The notes below the pieces were generated by a model. It ran no database searches. It was not told where the DNA came from and was given only the letters and a program-made list of their open reading frames with translations. A DNA stretch of 64,000 nt from Sterolibacteriaceae bacterium (GTDB lineage: Bacteria; Pseudomonadota; Gammaproteobacteria; Burkholderiales; Rhodocyclaceae), in the NCBI GenBank assembly GCA_043738625.1, contig JAYUFR010000221.1:2326-66325 (forward strand), written 5' to 3'. Below are positions 8,722-16,418 of this stretch, in pieces (the stretch's first letter is position 1; every line of letters begins with the position of its first letter). The position numbers and the translations under genes are program-made.

Positions 8722-9814
8722 TTCAACAACAAAAAATTCACGGTCGGTCGCCGACATTCGTGTTTGGATCGTCACGGAGTTATCACTCGCGCTGAAGGTC
8801 GACCCTCTATCGATCGACACCGCCGGGGCGCTCTACTCCCTCGGTGCCGATTCGGTCACCGCAATTGGAATCACAGGCGCGCTGGCAGGTTGGCTAAATC
8901 GAGATTTGCCCGCGACCCTGATGTGGGACCACCCCTCGATCGACGCCATCGCCGAGGCCTTGACCGATTCGGATGTGCCCGCCGTCGCGGTCGATCGTCC
9001 GGGCATGATCACCCTCCAACCCCATGGCAATCGCTGTCCGCTCTTCTGCTTCCCGGGGGCAGGAGGACATTCGACCACATTCGCACCACTAACGGCACAC
9101 CTTGGTTCCAATCATCCATGCTTTGGGCTAACCGTGCCGGGCCTCAATCGGGAACAGAAACCCTTTGAGCAGGTGGAAGAGATTGCGGCTGCGATGCTCA
9201 ACAGCATTCGCCTAGTGCAGCCCAAAGGGCCGTACCAGCTGGCTGGATACTCTTTCGGTGGCCTACTGGCCTACGAGGCAGCCCAGCAGTTGCAGGCGGC
9301 CGGCGAGAGCGTTTCGCTGCTAGCAATTTATGACACCTTTACCCCAGATGGCCTCGTATTACGACCGCGTTGGCACAGGTTGTTTCTTCATGCGCACGTC
9401 ATGGCGACGCGGCCCGGTCGACGCGAATATCTTCGCAAGCAGCTCGAGAGGCGGCGGATCGCGCGCGAGGCAAAGAGCGCCGACGATATGAGTAGCGCGA
9501 TTACGATGGTTCACGGACGCGAGAATTTAGCAAAGGAAGTCGAGCAGACCAACAATCGGGCCATCGCGCGCTACCGGCCACAACGCTACGCTGATCCGGT
9601 CGTGCTCTTTCGGGCGACCGAGCGCAAGATGGAAGCAATATTCTACAAGATCGATCACTTTTCCAACGGTTGGGGCGCGCTGACGGACGGTCGGCTCCGC
9701 ATCGTCGATCTTCCCGGTAGCCATCTCAGCATTTTGAGTATGGCGAACGCGCGGGTGGCGGCCGAGAGGTTGCGCCCGTACCTGTCTGAAGAGTATTGCG
9801 TGTTGGCAAGATGA
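8702..9814 (+). CDS. carrier protein (phosphopantetheine attachment site) fused to a thioesterase domain
   Basis: The N-terminal ~90 aa contain LYSLGADSVTAIGITGAL (the GxDS Ppant serine). The remainder is an alpha/beta TE domain with FCFPGAGGH, nucleophile elbow GYSFGG and C-terminal LPGSHLSIL. The gene overlaps the FAAL end by 20 nt. Confidence 0.85.
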   Translation: MLEPLPDSTTKNSRSVADIRVWIVTELSLALKVDPLSIDTAGALYSLGADSVTAIGITGALAGWLNRDLPATLMWDHPSIDAIAEALTDSDVPAVAVDRPGMITLQPHGNRCPLFCFPGAGGHSTTFAPLTAHLGSNHPCFGLTVPGLNREQKPFEQVEEIAAAMLNSIRLVQPKGPYQLAGYSFGGLLAYEAAQQLQAAGESVSLLAIYDTFTPDGLVLRPRWHRLFLHAHVMATRPGRREYLRKQLERRRIAREAKSADDMSSAITMVHGRENLAKEVEQTNNRAIARYRPQRYADPVVLFRATERKMEAIFYKIDHFSNGWGALTDGRLRIVDLPGSHLSILSMANARVAAERLRPYLSEEYCVLAR

Positions 9815-10033
9815 GATCTTGCGGGCGCTCCCAATTTTTTGGACACATCAAGCAGGAAGGAGGCTTTGCTTGTGGGGAGAATTTTAGATCGATGTGGGCT
9901 GTGTATTTTTCCGCCAGCAAATTCAAAGGCAGCATATCGATTTCTGGATAATGATCGGGTAAGTGGGGCGGAGTTGCGCACTGACAGCCTCGGTGCCGTT
10001 GGCCGATCGCAATACAGTAAGTTCAATAGGTAG

Positions 10034-10942
10034 TCACGGTCCGCTTGATGGTGTCGCCATGAACCCCAACGGAAACCTATTCAAGACTGCGACCTGAGAG
10101 CTGCGGATGGCGGCGGGGCCATGCTCATCGAAGCTCATCATTTTCGTTGCGAGCAAGGTACGTGGATTAATCGGTTTGTCGCCATCGCGTACTTCAAAGT
10201 GCACATGTGGACCGGTCGAATGCCCTGTACTCCCGAGTAATGCCACCAAATCTCCCTGGGCGACTCGGTCACCTAGTTTCACTTTTAAAGCGCTATTATG
10301 AGCGTACAGCGTGGTTCTTTGTCGGTCATGGCGTAGGATCACGACGTTGCCGTAGCCACGCATTCCGTCACTCGCATATATGACTTCACCAGGCGCAGCG
10401 GCGTAGACCGGCTCACCAACGTCAGCGGCGATATCCAAGCCTTTATGCATCTTGCCCCAGCGCGCCCCAAACTCTGAGCTCACGATTCCAGCCTCCAGCG
10501 GCCACTTCATAACTCCGTCGAAATGTTCGGGCATCGCCCCAGGAAGTGCGGGCGAAGCCAGCGGGACGGACTTGCCGGACTGCGTGCCGTTGCTGCGTGT
10601 AGATGACCCAGCGGCGGTGGAGCCTGACGCGGCGCTTTTTTTTGAAGATCGTATTCCAGCCTGATGCAGCACAGTCAGGACGGCTGCCTCGCTATGCTCG
10701 CCGGCATCATAAAAAGTCTTAAGCAAATCCTGTTTGGCGAGATAATGCTGCATGCGAACTAGCGCTTTGCCGCCGCGGTCGGTAGCGATACTGATGGCCT
10801 TGGTTGTTTGAACGGCAGCCACATTCGCAGCTTTGAGTGAGGAATCGTGGGCTTTATTATACCAATCCTGCTGTTCGAGCGAGGCACATCCACCGAGAGT
10901 GGCGGATACTATCGCCGCCAGTACGCTCCGTTTTGTCCACAT
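10034..10942 (-). CDS. M23 family metallopeptidase, lipoprotein (NlpD/LytM-like)
   Basis: The signal peptide has a lipobox (AAIVSATLGGC). M23 motifs are HKGLDIAA...YGNVVILRH...LGSTGHSTGPHVHFEV. Confidence 0.9.
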   Translation of the reverse strand: MWTKRSVLAAIVSATLGGCASLEQQDWYNKAHDSSLKAANVAAVQTTKAISIATDRGGKALVRMQHYLAKQDLLKTFYDAGEHSEAAVLTVLHQAGIRSSKKSAASGSTAAGSSTRSNGTQSGKSVPLASPALPGAMPEHFDGVMKWPLEAGIVSSEFGARWGKMHKGLDIAADVGEPVYAAAPGEVIYASDGMRGYGNVVILRHDRQRTTLYAHNSALKVKLGDRVAQGDLVALLGSTGHSTGPHVHFEVRDGDKPINPRTLLATKMMSFDEHGPAAIRSSQVAVLNRFPLGFMATPSSGP

Positions 10943-11000
10943 CGTTCATCGCTCCCTTAGGCTACAATCCGGCTAGAACTTATAGTGCGAGCAAACTACC

Positions 11001-11573
11001 ATGGAACATTCCGCGCCGTCACCGTTCGGACAAAATCGTACCGCAGTTCATTCGCGCCGTTCATTCAACGGGATGTTCGTGGCGGCCTGGGCCGGCATTC
11101 TAGTTGGCTGGTTTGCCCTCAACACGTTGACGACACGGATAGGCGCGATGAAGATGGGATTTCATTTCTACGAGGTGGCTGCACTGGTGCAGGACCCCAC
11201 TCGACTGCTAACCGGTCTTAACACTGAAAGTACTTTACTGACGGTGGCATTTAGTTTGGTGTGCTTACTCACCTTGGCTGTTGCCGCCCCGAACTTTAGG
11301 GGCGGCAGAATATTTCGGTATGGTCCCTGCGCACCGCTCGTGCTAATGCTGGTCTGTGCCACAATTCTGAACCATAAGACGAATGAAAACTCGGTCGCGG
11401 TGCAAAATGCCAGCGAATTTACTCATACACTGATAAATATTGCCAACCTGACGGTGCGGAAATCGTCACAGATCATGGCACGGTACATTTCGATCGGCGC
11501 GGGCGCGTGGCTGTCCGGGATTGCGGCGTCCTATTTGGCTTACACGGCTTTGCGTCGACATGAGCCTGGATAA
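11001..11573 (+). CDS. hypothetical membrane protein (about four hydrophobic segments)
   Basis: 190-aa ORF with hydrophobic stretches (FVAAWAGILVGWFAL, LLTVAFSLVCLLTLAVAA, PLVLMLVCATIL, GAGAWLSGIAASYLAY). No family recognised, and the start is uncertain. Confidence 0.55.
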   Translation: MEHSAPSPFGQNRTAVHSRRSFNGMFVAAWAGILVGWFALNTLTTRIGAMKMGFHFYEVAALVQDPTRLLTGLNTESTLLTVAFSLVCLLTLAVAAPNFRGGRIFRYGPCAPLVLMLVCATILNHKTNENSVAVQNASEFTHTLINIANLTVRKSSQIMARYISIGAGAWLSGIAASYLAYTALRRHEPG

Positions 11574-11868
11574 GCTCAAAAAAAGCTGGGCGAATGAGCT
11601 TCAGCACAAACAGCTTAGTGAGTCGACAAGCGCAATCGCCGGCTTGGCGGGAGCATTATCGGTCTTTGTCGGATATTTGGCAGCACATGCTGCGCCCAGA
11701 GGTCTTCACAAGCTTACGATGATATTGCACCTGAGCAAAAAGCCGCTGTTGCTGAAAATTGCGCCGGTCGCGGCCGGTGTCGCCGTGGCTATTGCAACGG
11801 CTGCCGGTCTATTGCATTTCTATTCATGGTGGCTCACGCGCCGGTCGCTCAAGCCCGACGACAATTGA
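11560..11868 (+). CDS. hypothetical membrane protein (two hydrophobic segments)
   Basis: The track ORF is 11521..11868. The in-frame ATG at 11560 (MSLDKLKKSW) overlaps the previous stop by 14 nt. Hydrophobic segments are AIAGLAGALSVFVGYLAA and IAPVAAGVAVAIATAAGLL. No family recognised. Confidence 0.5.
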   Translation: MSLDKLKKSWANELQHKQLSESTSAIAGLAGALSVFVGYLAAHAAPRGLHKLTMILHLSKKPLLLKIAPVAAGVAVAIATAAGLLHFYSWWLTRRSLKPDDN

Positions 11869-11891
11869 GCGGCGGAACCGATCCGCCGCTC
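11867..11891. terminator. GC-rich hairpin between convergent genes (possible bidirectional terminator)
   Basis: GAGCGGCGG-aaccgat-CCGCCGCTC forms a perfect 9-bp stem with a 7-nt loop. It starts inside the stop codon of the 11560..11868 gene and lies 13 nt from the TonB receptor stop. No strong U-tract on either side. Confidence 0.45.
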
Positions 11892-11903
11892 AACGTCGGC
11901 TGA

Positions 11904-14582
11904 TTACATGTGCACGTTGTCGTGCGTCGCGGCTCCGAACTTCATGGACACTTCTAGGCCGAAGGTCCGGGGAGCCGTGCGGATCCGGTAGTCGCTACCG
12001 TAGCTGCCCTCCACGTTGATGTAGTTCCCGTAGTACAGCTTATCCGTAAGGTTTTTACCCCATGCCGCCACGGTCCAATTACCTGTCACGTAGGACACTC
12101 GGCTGTTCAGCAGCCAGTAGTCGCCACCGCCCACATGGATGGGGCCTTTGGCAATGGTTCGTGCATCGACCGGGCCGCCTGCGGGTCCCTTGCCGATAGG
12201 AGACGTGTAGCTATAGTCGCCAAAGGTGTCGAAGTAGTATCGGCCCGTGTAGCTGGTGTTGATGCTTACATTGATCGCACCTGAATCCCATTGCAGCGCC
12301 TTCCAATTGATGCCGAAGTTCCCCGACTGTTTGGCGGCATACGGGAAGGGATTGCCGCCGACATCGACGTTACCCGCTCCGGTCGAAAGGCAATTACCCA
12401 CCTGCGGCGGCGGGTTCGTGGCCAGAATCCCCACAGCCGGACAGGGCGAGTGGTTGAACGCGCTGTGGATGATGCCGAGACCGAAATCCAAGCGCAGCAC
12501 ATCGTTCACCTTGAACTGAACATCCGCATCGAGCCCGGTCTCTTTGCCGCTGAGATTCACCAGATAGGTGGTCGAACTCGGGTCGAGGAGTTGCTGTTGC
12601 TGATTATGATAGTTGTAGTGAAACACCGAGAGGTTAACTTGGACGCGATTGTCGAGGAACCGGCTCTTGAGCCCCGCCTCGAGCGCATCGACGGTCTCAG
12701 GTTTGACGAAATAGACTTGCTGCGCTCCTTGAAACGCCAGTCCGTTATAGGTACCGCCGCGATAACCGCGGCTATAGCTTCCATACAACAAGATGCCGTC
12801 CAGCGGCTTCCAGTCGATGATCGCCCGCCCGGTGGTGGCGTTCGAGCTGTCGCTCCTATTTAAGGGATGTACCGGGCCCGAGGTAACTCCAGGGTAATAG
12901 AACGCAAATTTACCGGTGGCAGGATCGCGATAATCGGACACCGTGTACGCCCGGGCTGCGCCCGTGAGATCGTAGAATGTCGTCAATGCGTCCTTGTACG
13001 CAAAAGTGTCATGCGTAAAGCGCGCGCCCAGAGTCAGCTTGACCGTACTCGTCAACTCCTGGCTGCCTTCGGTATAAAACGCCGACGACCTACGCTCTTG
13101 GGTGTAATTCTGGTTGGCGTCGAGACCGGTGGGAAACGCAGCCGGATTCGTCTGCGATAGGAGGCCAATGCCGGGCGGATTCCAATAGCTCTTGGTAAAC
13201 GGGTTGGTCGCGGGCGTGAACACTCCGGCGGAGACCAAAGAGTTGCCTAACGCAAGAAATTCGTCGTTCAGAAAGTCATAAAAATGCGGCGTATTGCGCG
13301 ACACGATGTTGTCTAACCCGTAATACGCGCCGACGATCAACTTGGTTTTGTCGGCGGAGTAGTCGAAGCGAAGGTCCTGGTTCACGCTGTGCGAGACCGA
13401 ATCGTAGCCGATCGCACACACCGCATACGGCGTGCCGTCGCAGTCAATCGTCGGCAGCAACGCGTAATGCGATGCGTCAAAATCGCTGATGGAAATCAGC
13501 CGCATGCTGTCGTTGAGACGATAATTAACATTCAGGACGACGCCTTGGGCCTTGACGAGTGCGGTGCCTTCCTGATCATTCCCGATCCGCAACGCGTTGA
13601 GTCCGTTCGCGCTCGGACTCCAGTTCGGGGGTAGAAAATTGGCTCCAAAGCCTGCAAAGCCTGAGTTCAATAGCGTGACCGAGTCCGCCGGTAGATTGGG
13701 GGAAGCGCCAGTACCGGCGTTTTGCGGCGAATCCAGACCGCCGTATGACTGACTCGCGTAAATTTTAAGGGTAACGGCGAGATCACTGGAGGGCTTGTAG
13801 AGGCTAGTCGCTCGAATGCCGAAGACCTCAGCGCCGCCCGGCGAGGTGCCAGTATTGGTCCGCGTTACATTGGCCAGCGTGACGTTGGGGGTCAAGAAGG
13901 CTGATGCGGAATTGGCCGGACCTGCACGCGTAACGTTTTTGACGAACGGCTGCGAGTTCAGGAATGTGCCGGCGACGCGAATACCCCATATGTCGGTAAC
14001 CGGCGTGAAGTCCACCGCGGCCTCCGCGTTGAACCGGTCGTAATTGCCATAGCCCACTGTCGCGTAGCCACTGGTATCGCCCATTTGGGGCTTTGTAGTA
14101 AAGAAATTGATGGCGCCGCCGGTGGTGTTCCGACCAAACAACGTGCCCTGGGGTCCGCGCACAATCTCAATCTGATCGAGATCGTAGAGCTGCTGTCCAT
14201 GGCTGGCTCGGAACGATTGATAGACTTCGTCCACGTAGACTCCTACCGGCGAGGCCGCATTGGAATTGTACTCGGTGCCGACCCCGATTCCACGCAACGT
14301 GAAGTTCGGCTGCGTCTCGCCATAAGCGGAGCCGACCTGCAAATTCGGGATCGAATCGTTGAGATCCGAGGTGCTGAAAACGCCCTTGCTCCGCAGATCG
14401 GCCGCCGACAAGGCAGAAATTGACACAGGCACATCCTGGAGATTTTCCGCTCGCTTGGTCGCCGTCACGATGATTTCTTCCAAGCCGCCACTCGCAGCGG
14501 GCTCGGCAACTTGAGCCAGGGCCGCAATCGACACAGCATTTGCGGACAGTATAGCTAGCACTATTACGTATATTCGCTTCAT
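11904..14582 (-). CDS. TonB-dependent receptor
   Basis: The track ORF runs to 14654. I prefer M25 (MKRIYVIVLAILSANAVSIAALAQ, a signal peptide) at 14582, which follows GGGGAGAG and lies downstream of the predicted promoter. The plug motif is LEEIIVTATKRAENLQDVPVSISA, followed by a long beta-barrel. The C-terminus is ...GLEVSMKF followed by ten extra residues. Confidence 0.92.
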   Translation of the reverse strand: MKRIYVIVLAILSANAVSIAALAQVAEPAASGGLEEIIVTATKRAENLQDVPVSISALSAADLRSKGVFSTSDLNDSIPNLQVGSAYGETQPNFTLRGIGVGTEYNSNAASPVGVYVDEVYQSFRASHGQQLYDLDQIEIVRGPQGTLFGRNTTGGAINFFTTKPQMGDTSGYATVGYGNYDRFNAEAAVDFTPVTDIWGIRVAGTFLNSQPFVKNVTRAGPANSASAFLTPNVTLANVTRTNTGTSPGGAEVFGIRATSLYKPSSDLAVTLKIYASQSYGGLDSPQNAGTGASPNLPADSVTLLNSGFAGFGANFLPPNWSPSANGLNALRIGNDQEGTALVKAQGVVLNVNYRLNDSMRLISISDFDASHYALLPTIDCDGTPYAVCAIGYDSVSHSVNQDLRFDYSADKTKLIVGAYYGLDNIVSRNTPHFYDFLNDEFLALGNSLVSAGVFTPATNPFTKSYWNPPGIGLLSQTNPAAFPTGLDANQNYTQERRSSAFYTEGSQELTSTVKLTLGARFTHDTFAYKDALTTFYDLTGAARAYTVSDYRDPATGKFAFYYPGVTSGPVHPLNRSDSSNATTGRAIIDWKPLDGILLYGSYSRGYRGGTYNGLAFQGAQQVYFVKPETVDALEAGLKSRFLDNRVQVNLSVFHYNYHNQQQQLLDPSSTTYLVNLSGKETGLDADVQFKVNDVLRLDFGLGIIHSAFNHSPCPAVGILATNPPPQVGNCLSTGAGNVDVGGNPFPYAAKQSGNFGINWKALQWDSGAINVSINTSYTGRYYFDTFGDYSYTSPIGKGPAGGPVDARTIAKGPIHVGGGDYWLLNSRVSYVTGNWTVAAWGKNLTDKLYYGNYINVEGSYGSDYRIRTAPRTFGLEVSMKFGAATHDNVHM

Positions 14583-14658
14583 CAAACTCTCCCCGGAGTA
14601 GCGCGATTGGAATTCAAGATCACTTGCGAGATCTTGTTCTAATTTAATTTTCAACGGT

Positions 14659-14688
14659 AGTGTAGAAAATTAATGCCGGCGGAGTCAA
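14659..14688 (-). promoter_or_regulatory. candidate sigma70-type promoter of the TonB-dependent receptor gene
   Basis: On the minus strand: TTGACT (rc of 14683-14688), an 18-nt spacer, then TACACT (rc of 14659-14664). The -10 context aATTTTCTACACT is shared with the PQQ-ADH promoter at 31588-31600. Confidence 0.45.
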
Positions 14689-14701
14689 CAGCTGTGTAAA
14701 A
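14684..14701. promoter_or_regulatory. degenerate copy of the recurrent GTCAACA-N4-TGTTGAC palindrome
   Basis: GTCAACA gctg TGTaaaa. The left half is perfect and the right half matches 4 of 7. It overlaps the -35 of the receptor promoter. Confidence 0.35.
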
Positions 14702-14839
14702 AATAATTGCGGAGAGATTGGATGTCCATCGTTGTTTGGTGCAATGCACATTCTTCGATGGGACTGAAACCCCCTAATGCACCGTAAAGTCTTACCCGAG
14801 ATCCACCCTAGGCAATCGAGGCTATGCTGAACAAGACAA

Positions 14840-15505
14840 TCACACGACTTTTTCTTCCAGCTTAAACATAACCGGTGCGGTATCGCGAACCGATGGACGG
14901 TCGCGCAGCTGCGCGTCGAATCGTCTAAGATTTCCGTATAGTTTGCGCCAGTCGTCTATCGTAGGATCAAGCGCTTGCCAGTCAACCATCATTCCAACCC
15001 CTGCAGCAAGGTCCTGATTACCAAGAACCGCAACAGTCGCGATATCGGCGAGGCCGAAGCGATTCCCAACAAAGAACTGCCGATCAGCAAGTCGTCGATC
15101 CAGTTCACGCAGGCCACCCACCACTTTTCGCAGCTGACGCCGCGCCCACTCAAGACTGGGATGTTCGCGCTGTTTTTCAAAGAAAAGCTGAACCGTAGCA
15201 TCCATGACACCTTCCGCGATCACTTGAATTCGCTTTGCTTCAAGAATGCCATCAGCATCGGCGGGTAGCATCGATGGTTCGGGGTAGGTGTGTTCGAGCC
15301 ACTCCATGATGAATGTGGACTCATAGATCGGTTCTCCTTCATCGGGTATTAGAATAGGGAGCTGCTCAAGCGGGTTGTAGCGCGGAGTTGCGGTGTCGGT
15401 GTGCCAGGGCACTTCGTTCTGGATCGTAAAGGGCACGCCCTTCTCTAGCAAAGCTATGCGCACCTTACGGGCAAATGGACTCGGCGTTGCACTAATTAGA
15501 AGCAT
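14840..15505 (-). CDS. glutathione S-transferase family protein
   Basis: 221 aa. The N-terminal thioredoxin-like domain reads MLLISATPSPFARKVRIALLEKGVPF...LEQLPIL...IYESTFIMEWL, followed by a helical C-terminal domain. Confidence 0.85.
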   Translation of the reverse strand: MLLISATPSPFARKVRIALLEKGVPFTIQNEVPWHTDTATPRYNPLEQLPILIPDEGEPIYESTFIMEWLEHTYPEPSMLPADADGILEAKRIQVIAEGVMDATVQLFFEKQREHPSLEWARRQLRKVVGGLRELDRRLADRQFFVGNRFGLADIATVAVLGNQDLAAGVGMMVDWQALDPTIDDWRKLYGNLRRFDAQLRDRPSVRDTAPVMFKLEEKVV

Positions 15506-15535
15506 GGCATTTTCACCTTTATAAAAGCCTGCGGC

Positions 15536-16306
15536 TCAATTCATCCAAAGCCCACCCGTTACGTTGACGGCCTGCCCAGTCATGTAACCGGCCCGAGCCG
15601 ACGCGAGGAACGCGACCACCTCAGCAATCTCGCGGGGGTAACCTGGCCGACCCAAAGGCAGCGATTTGGCGCGGCTTGCAACGTCTGGAAGACCTTGGGC
15701 ACGGTTCAAGACTTCCGCTTGTGTGCGCATATTCGTATCGATGATGATTCCCGGGCAAACGGCATTCACTCGTATACCAAATGGGCCGAATTCTTCCGCT
15801 AGGCTCTGCGTCAAATTCAGTATAGCGGCCTTAGTCGCGCCGTAGGCGGCATGGTTCGCCACGCCCTTTTTGCCTGTCCAGGAGGATATGTTGACAATAT
15901 TTCCAGAACGGCGCTCGACCATGCCGGCAAGTATGGCTTGGCAGAAGAAGAAAACGCCATCTAGGTTGACTGCGAAACACTCCCGCCAATCGTTTTCGGT
16001 CAAGTCAAGAAACTTGCAGGTACGCAAAATACCTGCATTGTTGACGAGAATGTCGATAGAGTCGAACTCGTTTGCAAACAACTGGGTAGCCAAAACAACA
16101 TCGGCGCGCCTGGCGACGTTTCCAACGGCAATCACCGCCTTGCGACCCAGGCGGCGCACCTCATCCGCAGTCTCAAGCATCGCTCGCTCGTTGATATCGA
16201 ACAGGCCGAGGTTGCAACCGTCCCTCGCGAGTTGTAGTGCGACCTCGCGGCCAATGCCGGCTCCGGCACCGGTTACAATCGCAACTTGATCGGCAAGCGG
16301 CTCCAT
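15536..16306 (-). CDS. SDR family oxidoreductase
   Basis: VAIVTGAGAGIGREVA (TGxxxGxG), NNAG, and YGATKAA (YxxxK). Confidence 0.9.
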   Translation of the reverse strand: MEPLADQVAIVTGAGAGIGREVALQLARDGCNLGLFDINERAMLETADEVRRLGRKAVIAVGNVARRADVVLATQLFANEFDSIDILVNNAGILRTCKFLDLTENDWRECFAVNLDGVFFFCQAILAGMVERRSGNIVNISSWTGKKGVANHAAYGATKAAILNLTQSLAEEFGPFGIRVNAVCPGIIIDTNMRTQAEVLNRAQGLPDVASRAKSLPLGRPGYPREIAEVVAFLASARAGYMTGQAVNVTGGLWMN

Positions 16307-16418
16307 ATCTATACTCTGTAAGTCCCAAGCGATTGTTAATCCTTAATATCGGTAAACTTACACTATTTTCGCAACAGCCGCGTGCGGTTCTCACTATCAG
16401 TTTGGAGCGACACATTTT

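Noticed and set aside
5613-9814. I considered calling the P450/FAAL/ACP-TE genes a PKS or NRPS biosynthetic gene cluster.
   Set aside because: No ketosynthase, condensation, acyltransferase or additional adenylation domain is present in or next to the cassette. It is reported as an orphan loading and release cassette instead.
9806-9840. The hairpin GCAAGAT-gag-ATCTTGC, followed 11 nt later by a T-run, was considered as a terminator for the ACP-TE gene.
   Set aside because: The stem is a short, AT-rich 7 bp with a 3-nt loop that overlaps the stop codon. The T-run is not adjacent to the stem. This is too weak to call.
11128-11142. TCAACAcGTTGA, an inverted repeat inside the 11001..11573 ORF, resembles the intergenic palindrome.
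   Set aside because: It has different spacing (2 nt, not 4 nt) and shorter arms, and it lies inside coding sequence. It is not counted as a site.
16307-16418. The divergent SDR/BVMO promoter region was inspected for the recurrent palindrome or another operator (GATTGTTAATCCTTAATATC, and GTAAGT...ACTTAC arms).
   Set aside because: It contains only weak, imperfect symmetry and no TGTTGAC half-site. I cannot support a specific site, although this region must contain promoters.
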